Source: an uncultured Acidobacteriota bacterium (GTDB lineage: Bacteria; Acidobacteriota; Vicinamibacteria; Vicinamibacterales; SCN-69-37). Taken from it: a stretch of 64,000 nt of DNA. Shown here one piece after another: positions 1-10,997 of the stretch (its first letter is position 1; the number at the start of each line of letters is the position of its first letter). Below the pieces are notes generated by a model, which had not been told where the DNA came from, searched no databases, and worked only from the letters and a program-made list of their open reading frames with translations. The stretch is from positions 5,552 through 69,551 of the forward strand of contig CAVVUL010000013.1 in the NCBI GenBank assembly GCA_963751445.1, read 5' to 3'. The position numbers and the translations under genes are program-made.

Positions 1-239
1 GGGGCCGCGTCTTCCATTTCCAGATCGGACACGAGCAAGTGCGGATGCGGCGCGACGGCCATCGCGGTCATCGCGAAGCGGTGCGCGGCCGAGGCGTAGG
101 GCCTGCCGCGATGGGACGGGATTCTCGCCGGAACGAACACGATGCGATCGAGGCCGAGGGCGGCGCGGGCCGCTTCGGCGAGATCGAGATGGCCCTGGTG
201 CACCGGATCGAACGTGCCGCCGAGAAAGCCCTCTCTCAT
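1..239 (-). CDS. nadD: Nicotinate-nucleotide adenylyltransferase, 5' part (runs off window edge)
   Basis: Not in ORF track. Manual translation from ATG at 239 gives MREGFLGGTFDPVHQGHLDL (GGTFDP/HxGH motif). The ATG overlaps the obgE stop (ATGA). Confidence 0.88.
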   Translation of the reverse strand, partial: MREGFLGGTFDPVHQGHLDLAEAARAALGLDRIVFVPARIPSHRGRPYASAAHRFAMTAMAVAPHPHLLVSDLEMEDAA

Positions 240-1282
240 GCCTGCGCGGCGGCCAGTCGCTCGGCCGCGATTTGCTTCCACAGCGCTTCGAGCAGCTGCG
301 GGACGCCTTCGCCCGTGACGGCGGAAATGGGGTAGAGCGGCACCTTGAGCTTCTTCAAATGGCGGGCGAGCTTCTTCAGGCGCTCGGGCTCGTCGATCGC
401 GTCGATCTTGTTGGCGACGGCGATGCGCGGCTTGTCGGCCAGCATCACGGCCGTGTCGTCGCCGCCGCCGGCAAACAGCTCCAGTTCCCGCGAAATGATG
501 TCGAAATCCTTCGCGGGATCGCGGCCGGTTGCCGACGAGACGTCGATCAAGTGCACCAGCACTTTCGTGCGTTCGAGATGGGCGAGGAACTTCATGCCGA
601 GCCCGTGGCCTTCGTGGGCGCCTTCGATGAGGCCGGGCACGTCGGCGACCACGAAGCTGCGGTCGTCGCTCAGCCGGACCACGCCGAGATTCGGCGTCAG
701 CGTGGTGAACGGGTAGTCCGCGATCTTCGGGCGCGCGTCCGAGATGCGCGCGATCAGCGTGCTCTTGCCGGCGTTCGGGAAGCCGACTAGTCCGACGTCG
801 GCGAGGAGCTTGAGCCGGAGGCGCAGGACGCGCTGTTCGCCCGGCCATCCCGGTTCGGTGCGGCGCGGCGCGCGATTAGTCGCCGTCGCGAAGGCGTTGT
901 TGCCGCGGCCGCCGTCGCCGCCGCGCGCCACGAGCACACGCTCGCCGACCTCCTTGAGATCCGCCAGCGGGATCAGGTCGTCGCCGTTCTTTTCGTACAC
1001 GACCGTGCCCGGCGGCACTTCCAGTTCCATGTCGTCGCCGCCGTGGCCCGTGCAGTTGGAGCCCAGGCCGTGTTCGCCGCGCTGGGCCTTGAATTCGGGA
1101 TGGAACCGGTAGGTGACGAGCGTGTTCTGGTGGGGACTGGCGACCAGGTAAATCGAGCCGCCCTTCCCGCCGTCGCCCCCGCTGGGCCCGCCGCGCGGCA
1201 CGCGCATTTCCCGGCGGAAGGCCATGCAGCCGTTGCCGCCGTCGCCGGCCTGGACCTGGATGTCGACTTCGTCGACGAACAT
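236..1282 (-). CDS. obgE: GTPase ObgE/CgtA
   Basis: MFVDEV..AGDGGNG Gly-rich Obg fold, GFPNAGKS P-loop, DYPFTTL, DVPG, NKID; downstream of rpmA. Confidence 0.97.
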   Translation of the reverse strand: MFVDEVDIQVQAGDGGNGCMAFRREMRVPRGGPSGGDGGKGGSIYLVASPHQNTLVTYRFHPEFKAQRGEHGLGSNCTGHGGDDMELEVPPGTVVYEKNGDDLIPLADLKEVGERVLVARGGDGGRGNNAFATATNRAPRRTEPGWPGEQRVLRLRLKLLADVGLVGFPNAGKSTLIARISDARPKIADYPFTTLTPNLGVVRLSDDRSFVVADVPGLIEGAHEGHGLGMKFLAHLERTKVLVHLIDVSSATGRDPAKDFDIISRELELFAGGGDDTAVMLADKPRIAVANKIDAIDEPERLKKLARHLKKLKVPLYPISAVTGEGVPQLLEALWKQIAAERLAAAQA

Positions 1283-1304
1283 GGGGAGGGGATCCCCGCC
1301 GAGC

Positions 1305-1568
1305 CTATTTCTGGTCGACGGGGTAGATGCTGATCACGCGGCCGTGCGCGCCGTGATCCGAGAACTTCACCTTTCCCGTCACCTTCGCGAACAACGTGTC
1401 GTCCTTGCCGCGGCCCACGTTCAGGCCCGGCTTGAAGCGGCGGCCGCGCTGCCGGACGAGGATCGACCCGCCGGGCACGAGGTTGCCATCATGGCTCTTG
1501 ACGCCAAGACGCTGCGAATTGCTGTCGCGCCCGTTCCGTGAACTGCCTTGCCCTTTTTTTGTTGCCAT
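1305..1568 (-). CDS. rpmA: 50S ribosomal protein L27
   Basis: [24 protein letters not shown]...[10 protein letters not shown]. Confidence 0.97.
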   Translation of the reverse strand: MATKKGQGSSRNGRDSNSQRLGVKSHDGNLVPGGSILVRQRGRRFKPGLNVGRGKDDTLFAKVTGKVKFSDHGAHGRVISIYPVDQK

Positions 1569-1576
1569 GGCTGCCC

Positions 1577-1891
1577 TTAGAGGTTGATGCTCTGCACGCG
1601 GACGCGGGTCTCGAGCGTGCGGTGGCCCTGGGTCTTCTCGTAGCCCTTGCGCCGCTTCTTCTTGAAGACCACGATCTTCTTGGCCTTGGTCTGCGCTTCC
1701 ACCACGCCGGTCACCGACGCGCCCGCCACGTAGGGGGTGCCGGCGACGAACGCGCCGTCAGCCGTTTCCACGAGCAGGACCTTGTCGAACTTCACTTCCG
1801 CGCCGGCCTTGAGGTCGACGTGGTCGATGATCACCAACCCGCCTGGCGCGACCTTTTCCTGCCGGCCGCCAGCTTCAACAATCGCGAACAT
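1577..1891 (-). CDS. rplU: 50S ribosomal protein L21
   Basis: [14 protein letters not shown]...[15 protein letters not shown]; start moved to ATG at 1891 (GGAG upstream). Confidence 0.95.
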   Translation of the reverse strand: MFAIVEAGGRQEKVAPGGLVIIDHVDLKAGAEVKFDKVLLVETADGAFVAGTPYVAGASVTGVVEAQTKAKKIVVFKKKRRKGYEKTQGHRTLETRVRVQSINL

Positions 1892-1967
1892 GTCCGGATG
1901 CTCCTGCGTGATAGAACCCGTGCACGGCACCCGTCCGGATGCCGGCCAGAACCTATAAGACTAGCAC

Positions 1968-2068
1968 AAATTCGAATCCGGGATTCTCTTTTTGGCCCAA
2001 AAATCGATCGAATTCCTGAGCATTTCAGTCGATTTTGGAGCCGAAAAAAGAATCCCGGATTCGAATTT
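1968..2068. repeat. AT-rich 101-bp palindromic element, about 40-bp imperfect inverted arms
   Basis: AAATTCGAATCCGGGATTCT at 1968-1987 has an exact reverse complement at 2049-2068; arms extend imperfectly to about 40 bp around a 21-nt loop. Confidence 0.85.
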
Positions 2069-2856
2069 ATTTGACCAGCAGGACCCTGGTGCCGCGGATG
2101 GACTGGGTGCTGAGGGTATTCAGGAACCCCGGCAGCAGCTTGTCCATCATCTCGAAATAGGACGACAGGGCCGGCGTGTTCTGGCCCTCGTTGTACAGCG
2201 CCTCTTCGTAGAACGACTCCGAGTGGAGCTGGGTGCCCGTGCGGCCGTCGATGAAGATGAACTTGGGGGTCAGCGAGTAGCCCTTGAGATTGGCGAACTC
2301 CCGGACGTCCTCATACTGGGTGCGCCCCATCGAGTCGACGTACTGGCGCAGCCGCGGGACCATCCCGCTTCGGGCCACCTCGGTGAACAGCACCGTGCCG
2401 GTGATGATCAGCGGGTCCGAGTACTCGCTGCCGACCTTCTTCCAGTAGTCCTGGTCCTTCAGGATGGGCTCGTATTCCTGCAGGTCCTTTTCATCCTTGA
2501 TCTTCGGCGCGTCGGTCCCGGGCTTGGCGGGGTCGGCCGGATTCGGCGCCGCCGCCACCGGTGCCGGGCCGGCGCTTGTCCATCTCGGCGGCGAGTTCGA
2601 TGACGTCCGCGTCGATGATCTTGAGGTCGGTCTTCGAGCGCAACTGGCTGCGCAGCAGCCGCGCCGTTTCCGCGTTGGCGTCGATGTTCCTGGTGCCGCC
2701 CGTGACGAACCCCGCGACCAGCACGTTGCGGTACGCGGTGATGTCCAGCTTGGCCCGAATCGGCGTCTCGACGGTCACCTCGTAGAAGCTGAGGCAGCCG
2801 GCCGACGCGATCGCGAGAGCGACGCTAACGGCCGCGAGCGCGGTTCTGCCGGTCAT
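2067..2856 (-). CDS. Hypothetical lipoprotein (frameshifted near 2560)
   Basis: MTGRTALAAVSVALAIASAG-C lipobox in ORF 2491..3171 continues in ORF 2067..2558. Confidence 0.65.
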
Positions 2857-3184
2857 AGATTTCCCTGAAGCTCTCGTAGTTTCCGCGAATGTACTCGTTC
2901 TTCGGCTCGAGACTCGATCGCCCGCTCGTAGGCTTTCTTGGCGTCCTCGAACCGGCCCAGTTGTTCGTAGCCAATGGCCAGGTTGTTCCACGCCGAGGCG
3001 TAGGCAGGGATCGATTCGCGGTGGCGCTTTCCCACCGCGGAGTGTGGCTTCCTTCCACAGGCCCTTCTGCGCGACGGTGATGCCGAACGACACCTGCGCT
3101 TTCGCGTCCGACCGCTTGTCGGCTAACGCGGTCGCCGATAGTCCAATCAAGAATCGCGGCAACGAGCCCAATCCGGAGTCTCAT
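2825..3184 (-). CDS. Secreted TPR protein (frameshifted)
   Basis: Fragments in three frames join to signal peptide + AQKGLWKEA..AWNNLAIGYEQLGRFEDAKKAYERA..PKNEYIRGNY, a TPR pattern. Confidence 0.7.
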   Translation of the reverse strand: MRLRIGLVAAILDWTIGDRVSRQAVGRESAGVVRHHRRAEGPVEGSHTPRWESATANRSLPTPRRGTTWPLATNNWAGSRTPRKPTSGRSSLEPKNEYIRGNYESFREIYDRQNRARGR

Positions 3185-3303
3185 GGTGGCCTGCTTGAAC
3201 CCATCATAGCGCCGTTCCCGTGCCTGACGGCAAAGGCAGAGGGAGGGGCGGGGTCAACCGGAGCGGAGTTCGTTGGCACGGCCGCTGCAAGCGCAGCAGC
3301 GCC

Positions 3304-4435
3304 GTGACTCAACCTGACCCCTGGCCGACCCCGCCGCCCTGCCAGCCCTTGTGGCCATCTCGCTGCTGCGCAGCGGCCTCGACGCGCAGGCTGCCCGCCA
3401 TGCCAAAACTGTGCTTGCCGAGCGTCCCGCGGCCCGAGTGGCTCGCCCAGGTCGCGCGCCAGATGTGGAGCAGGCCGGCCGACCGCCAGCAGAACGTCGG
3501 GTGGGCGCTGGCGCGGGTGGACGAGTCCCTGCGGCTGGCGGCGGCTGGCTGGGCACGGGATCCTGACCTGCCTGGACGCCCGCTACCCGGAACTGCTCGG
3601 GACGATTCCCGACCCGCCTGTCGTGCTGTGGACCCAGGGCGACGCAGGCGCTATTGCGTCGCGCCGTCTGTCGCGATCGTGGGTTCGCGGGACGCGACAC
3701 CGGCCTCGCTCGCCGTCGCCAGGCGGCTGGCCCGTGACCTGGCCGCGGCCGGCGTGATCGTCGTCAGCGGCATGGCGCGGGGTGTGGATTCCGCGGCCCA
3801 CGCTGGTGCCCTCGAAGGCGGCGGCCGGACGATTGCCGTCATTGGCTCCGGGCTGAACGCACGTCTATCCCAAGCGCAATGCCAGCCTGGCGGCCCGAAA
3901 TCCGAGCCGCCGGCGCCATCGTGTCGGAGCTTCCAGCCAACGCGCCTGCCGCTTCCGCCGCACTTTCCCCTGCGGAACCGGATCATCAGCGGCCTGAGTC
4001 TGGCGACGGTCGTGGTGGAGGCCGGGGAACGATCGGGCTCGCTGATCACCGCCCGGCAGGCACTCGAGCAGGGCCGGGACGTGCTCGCGGTTCCGGGCGG
4101 AATCCTGTGCGGGAACCACCGCGGTTGCCACCGGCTCATAAAGGACGGCGCGCGTCTGGTCGAGAGTGTTGACGACGTGCTGGACGAGATCGGCTGGTGC
4201 GAACCGCGCGGCGGTTCAGGCCGAAAATAGCCCCAACCACTTGCAATTGAGTGACTTAGAGTCCAACATGGCGAAGGGCGAGCCATATTCTGTTGATAAT
4301 CTGGCAGAGAGGACGGGGCGGACCGCCTCGGACTTGCTCACGGAATTGTGCTTGCTCGAGCTGTCAGGCCGCGTGATGCGCACGGCCGGAGGGCAGTTCG
4401 TCCGGATGGCCGGTCCGGAACGCAGGGAGGGGTAG
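3304..4435 (+). CDS. dprA: DNA-processing protein DprA/Smf (frameshifted)
   Basis: [46 protein letters not shown]; C-terminal winged helix in ORF 4166..4435; upstream of topA; start uncertain. Confidence 0.88.
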
Positions 4436-4448
4436 TGAAAGGACAGTC

Positions 4449-6903
4449 ATGGCAAAGGCACTGGTAATCGTCGAGTCGCCCGCGAAGGCGAAGACGATTA
4501 ACAAGTATCTCGGGAAGGACTACAAGGTCATCGCCTCGATGGGGCACGTGCGCGATCTGCCCAAGAGCAAGCTGGGCGTGGACGTGGACCAGGGGTTCGA
4601 GCCCGAGTACGTGGTGATTCCGAGCCGGGCCAAGGTCGTCAAGGAACTGAAGGACGCCGCCAAGTCCGCCGAGATCATCTACGTCGCGACCGACCCGGAC
4701 CGCGAAGGCGAGGCCATCGGCTGGCACCTGGCCCAGGAGCTCACCGGCTCCAAGAAGAAGATCCGCCGGCTGATGTTCAACGAGATCACCAAGAAGGCGA
4801 TTCTCGAGGCCATGAAGCATCCCACCGAGCATCGACATGAAGATGGTCGATGCGCAGCAGGCGCGGCGCGTGCTCGACCGGCTCGTCGGCTACAAGATCA
4901 GTCCCATCCTGTGGGACAAGGTGCGCCGCGGGCTCAGCGCCGGCCGCGTCCAGTCGGTCGCGCTCAAGCTGATCTGCGATCGCGAGCGCGAAATCGAAGC
5001 GTTCGTGCCGGAAGAGTACTGGCACCTGACGGCGCGCCTGCTCGCCGCCGATGCCGCCCGAATTCGACGCGCGCCTGATGCGCAAGGGCGACGCCGCCGC
5101 CAAGATCCGCAACGAGGCCGAAGCCAAGGCCGTGCTGGCGGACCTCGAACGCGCGACGTTCGTGGTGTCGTCGGTCGCGACCAAGGAACGCAAGAAGAAC
5201 TCCGTGCCCGCCGTTCATCACCAGCAAGCTGCAGCAGGCCTCCCGCTTCCCGGTCAAGAAGACGATGATGGTGGCGCAGCAGCTGTATGAGGGCATCGAG
5301 CTGCCGGGCGAAGAGGCGGCCGTCGGCCTGATCACCTACATGCGAACCGACTCGGTCCGCGTCGCGGACCAGGCGCTCGAGGACGTCCGCGTGCACATCC
5401 GCGAGAAATACGGCGACCCCTACGTGCCGGAGGAGCCGAACAAGTTCCGCGTGAAGTCCACGGCGCAGGACGCGCACGAGGCGATTCGCCCGACCTCGAT
5501 GGCCTACACGCCCGAGTCGGTGCAGGCGCACCTCACGCCGGATCAGTTCTACCTCTATCGGCTGATCTGGAACCGCTTCGTGGCGTCGCAGATGATGCCG
5601 GCGACGTTCGACGACACCACGGTCGGACATCACGGCTGCGGGCTACGTGTTCCGCGCCAAGGGGTCCGTGCCGAAGTTCGCCGGTTGGCTGGCCGTCTAC
5701 GGCCAGGGCACAGGCGAGGCCGAGGAAAGCGAGCGGACGGAGCAGCCGGCCACGCCCGCGCCCGGCGCGGCCGCGGAGACCGACGATGACGCGCCGCAGA
5801 GCGGCGTGCTGCCGGTGCTGACGCGAAGGGCAGACGCTCGAGCTGCGCGAGCTCCGGCCTGACCAGAAGTTCACGCAGCCGCCGCCGCGCTTCAACGAAG
5901 GGTCGCTGGTCAAGGCGCTCGAAGAGGACGGCATCGGCCGGCCCAGCACCTACGCGTCGATCATCTCGCGTGCTGCAGGCCCGCGAGTACGTCAACAAGA
6001 TCGAAGGCAAGTTCCGGCCGACGATCCTCGGCCGGCGCCTGATCGACAAGCTCCTGCATCCGGTGTTCGACGACATTCTCGACGTCGAGTACACCGCGCG
6101 CATGGAGGATCAGCTCGACGGGATCGAGCAGGGCAAGGCCGACTACAAGGAAACCCTCTCCGCGTTCTACAAGGTCTTCAAGAAGGACCTGAAGCGCGCC
6201 GCCAAGGAGATGCCCAACTTCAAGGAAGGGCAGCCGACCGGCCAGACGTGCGACAAGTGCGGCACGGGCGAGATGGTCGAGAAGGCCGGCCGGTTCGGCA
6301 TCTTCCTGGCCTGCAGCCGCTATCCCGACTGCGACAACACGCAAGGAACTCGAACCGGCCGAGAGCGCCGACGGAGGAGACTCGAGGAGAACTGCGAGAA
6401 CTGCGGCAAGCCGATGGTCGCTGAAGCGCGGGCGGTTCGGCATGTTCCTCGCGTGCACCGGCTATCCGGAGTGCAAGACCACGCGGAAGATCATCGCGAC
6501 CAAGCAGGGCATGAGCGCGGCGAAGCCCGACCAGATCCTCGAGGAGCTCTGCCCGAACTGCGGCAAGAACCTGGTCATCAAGCAGGGCCGGTTCGGCGAG
6601 TTCACCGCGTGCACGGGCTATCCCGAGTGCCGCTACGTGAAGCTGAAGTCCACGGGCATCGTGTGCCCGAAGGACGGCGGCGACGTGGTCGAGCGGAAGT
6701 CACGCCGCGGCAAGGTCTTCTACGGGTGCGCGAACTACCCGAAGTGCGACTTCACGCTGTGGAACAAGCCCGTGCTCGAGCCGTGCCCGACGTGCGGCCG
6801 GCCGTTCCTGACCGAGAAGATCACCAAGCGCCTCGGCCGCCAGCTCCTCTGCAGCAACGAGGAGTGCGACTACGTGCGCAGTGAAGAACTTGCGCCCGCC
6901 TAG
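4449..6903 (+). CDS. topA: DNA topoisomerase I with C-terminal Zn ribbons (several frameshifts)
   Basis: [59 protein letters not shown], four CxxC..C..YPxC ribbons. Confidence 0.96.
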
Positions 6904-6916
6904 ATCCTGATAAGAA

Positions 6917-7025
6917 GGGGACAGGCCTCCGTGAGAGGCCTGTCCCCGCTGCCCCCAACGGAGCCGGGATGCCGACTGAGCTGTCTGAGAGGCCTGTCCC
7001 CGCCGCCCCCAACGGAGCCGGGATG
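6917..7025. repeat. GGGGACAGG-type hairpin (6917-6947) plus 40-bp direct repeat (6932-6971, 6986-7025)
   Basis: GGGGACAGGCCTC-cgtga-GAGGCCTGTCCCC; TGAGAGGCCTGTCCCCGCYGCCCCCAACGGAGCCGGGATG occurs twice, 54 bp apart, one mismatch. Confidence 0.85.
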
Positions 7026-8444
7026 TCCATTGAGATTATTGGCGGCGGCCTCGCGGGCTGCGAAGCGGCCTGGCAGGCGGCGTCAATGGGCGTGCCCGTC
7101 GTGCTCCACGAGATGCGGCCCGTGGTGCGGACCGCCGTGCATCAGACCGATCGGCTCGCGGAACTCGTCTGCAGCAATTCCTTTCGCGGCGACAAGCTCG
7201 ACAATGCCGTCGGCCTGCTGAAGGAGGAAATGCGGCGGCTGGGCTCGCTGATCATGCGCGAGGCCGACCGCGTGCGTGTGCCGGCCGGCGCGGCGCTTGC
7301 CGTCGATCGCGAGCAGTTCGCCGAAGGCGTGACGCGCGCGATTCACGGCCATTCGCTGATTACGGTGCAGCGCGGCGAAGTGACGAGCGTGCCCGAGAGC
7401 GCCGTCGACCGGCCGGTCATCGTTGCCACCGGACCGCTGACGTCCTCCGCCCTCTCGGCCGACATCGCGCGCTTCGCGGGCACGCGACCATCTCGCCTTC
7501 TTCGACGCCATCAGCCCCATCGTCCTCGCCGAGACGATCGACATGAGCAAGGTGTTCCGGCAGTCGAGGTGGGACAGGAGTTTCAGGAGCACGGCCGAAC
7601 ATCGATACTCAATCAGCGGCAGCGGGGACAGGGCTCGCTGCGCGACCCCTGTCCCCTCCTGAACCAACAGCGGATGCGTCTCAGGGCGATTACCTGAACT
7701 GTCCGTTTACTCAGGACGAATACATCGCGTTCTCATGCGGCCATCGTCTCCGCTGAAAAGGCGGAGGTGCACGACTTCGACCACACGAAGTTCTTCGAGG
7801 GCTGTCTGCCGATCGAGGTCATGGCGCATCGCGGGGTGGACACGCTGCGGTTCGGGCCGATGAAGCCGGCGGGGCTGCGCGATCCGCGCACGGGCCATCG
7901 GCCGTATGCGGTTGTCCAACTCCGGCAGGACAACCTGGCCGGTGATCATTTCAGCCTCGTGGGTTTCCAGACCCAGCTGAAGTGGGGCGAGCAGGCGCGC
8001 GTCATGAAGATGATCCCCGGTCTGGAGCACGCGGAGTTCGTGCGGTTCGGCATGATTCACCGGAACACGTACATCAACGGCCCGACCGTGCTGACCGAGA
8101 CGTGGCAGACGCGAACGAGGCCGAGCCTCTTCTTCGCCGGGCAGGTGTCCGGCGTGGAGGGCTACGTGGAGTCGACGGCCTCGGGCCTGATCGCGGGGCG
8201 CAATGCGGCGGCGCTCGCGCTCGGCCGGGCGCCCGCCGCACCGCCGCGGACGACCGCGATTGGCGCGCTGGCTCACTACGTGTCGCACGCCGATCCGGCC
8301 CGCTATCAGCCCACGAACATCACGTTCGGCATCATGCCGCCGCTGGACGCGCCGCCGCGCGCCCGCCACGATCGCGCCGAGGCCACGAGCGCGCGCGCGC
8401 TCGCCGATCTGGCGGCCTGGATCCAGGAAGCGGCGCGCCCATGA
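7023..8444 (+). CDS. trmFO: Folate/FAD-dependent tRNA m5U54 methyltransferase TrmFO (frameshifted)
   Basis: [70 protein letters not shown]. Confidence 0.94.
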
Positions 8445-9440
8445 GCCGATCGGTGCGCACCGGCGGGGGACTGGCCGAGCTGAAAGCCGCGTTCCTGCAG
8501 TTTCTCCGCCACAACCGCAACATGTCCCCGCACACCGTGCGGGCCTACGACGCGGACCTCAGCCGGTTGCTCGAGCATCTGGCGGCGCGGAAGACGTGCC
8601 GGCAAAGCGAACTGACCCTCGCGCATTTCGACACGGACGGCGTGCGCGGCTACCTCGAGGACGCGCACGAGCGCGGGATCAGCCGCTCGTCCGCGGCCCG
8701 GCGCCTGGCGACCCTGCGTTCGTTCGCGCGCTATCTCATCCAGGAGGAGCGGTTGGAGGCGGACCCCACGGCGCTGGTGGGATCGCCGCGACGCGACAAC
8801 ACGCTGCCCGCGCACCTCGGCACGGCCGACATGGACAAGCTGCTGCTCGCGCCGGACTCGGCGACCGCCGCCGGCCGGCGTGACCGCGCCATCCTCGAGC
8901 TGTTCTACGCGTCCGGCCTCCGGCTCAGCGAGCTCTGCGATATCGATCTGGAGGACGTGAACCTGAACCGGCGCTCGGTCCGCGTGCGAGGCAAGGGCGG
9001 GAAGGAGCGCATGGTCCCGTTCAACGGCGCGACGGATCAGGCGATGCGGGCGATGATCGCTGACCATGTCAGACTTCGAACGTCGAAGTGCGAACTTCGA
9101 AGCTGGCGGGCGCGAAGACAGCGAAGCCGCGCGTCCGCGCGATCCGTTGTTTCTCAGCCTGCGCGGCGCCCGTTTGACGACGCGCAGCGTCGATCGCATC
9201 GTGCGGCGGTACACGCGCGAGGCGGCGATCGCGCAGGGCATCAGCCCCCACGCCTTGCGCCACACCTTCGCGACCCATCTGCTGCGCGCCGGCGCGGACC
9301 TGCGGGTGATTCAGGAACTGCTGGGACACGCGCAGCTCAGCACGACGCAGCGCTACACGCACCTCGACGTGGGGCACCTGATGGACGTGTATCGGGAGGC
9401 GCACCCGCGCGCGAAGCGGGGCAGAGCGACGGAGAAGTGA
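8441..9440 (+). CDS. xerC: Tyrosine recombinase XerC (frameshift near 9065)
   Basis: [59 protein letters not shown]; topA-trmFO-xerC synteny. Confidence 0.88.
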
Positions 9441-9456
9441 CGGAGCGTCGGGATCC

Positions 9457-9571
9457 GTTCACACGGAGGCACGGAGCGACGGAGGTGCGGAGTGTCTTCT
9501 TGGGGTGACCGCGTGATCCGCAGCCCCCCAAGCCGCTCCGCGCCTCCGTCGCTCCGTGTCTCCGTGTGAAC
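9457..9571. repeat. Family A palindromic element (CACGGAGG-unit arms), copy 1
   Basis: GTTCACACGGAGGCACGGAGCGACGGAGGTGCGGAG ... CTCCGCGCCTCCGTCGCTCCGTGTCTCCGTGTGAAC, between convergent genes. Confidence 0.9.
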
Positions 9572-9575
9572 GAGA

Positions 9576-10992
<1,417 letters not shown>

Positions 10993-10997
10993 GTCCC

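Noticed and set aside
4225-4265. AT-rich patch in the dprA linker as an IHF site
   Set aside because: It has three mismatches to WATCAANNNNTTR, which is too weak to call.
4449-6903. topA, nrdJ and others as pseudogenes or programmed frameshifts
   Set aside because: Motifs are intact, I saw no in-frame stops or consistent slippery sites, and indels affect many unrelated genes, so sequencing error is more parsimonious.
8441-9440. Tyrosine recombinase as a prophage or ICE integrase
   Set aside because: Size, motifs and the dprA-topA-trmFO context match housekeeping XerC; no att site, tRNA or phage genes are nearby.
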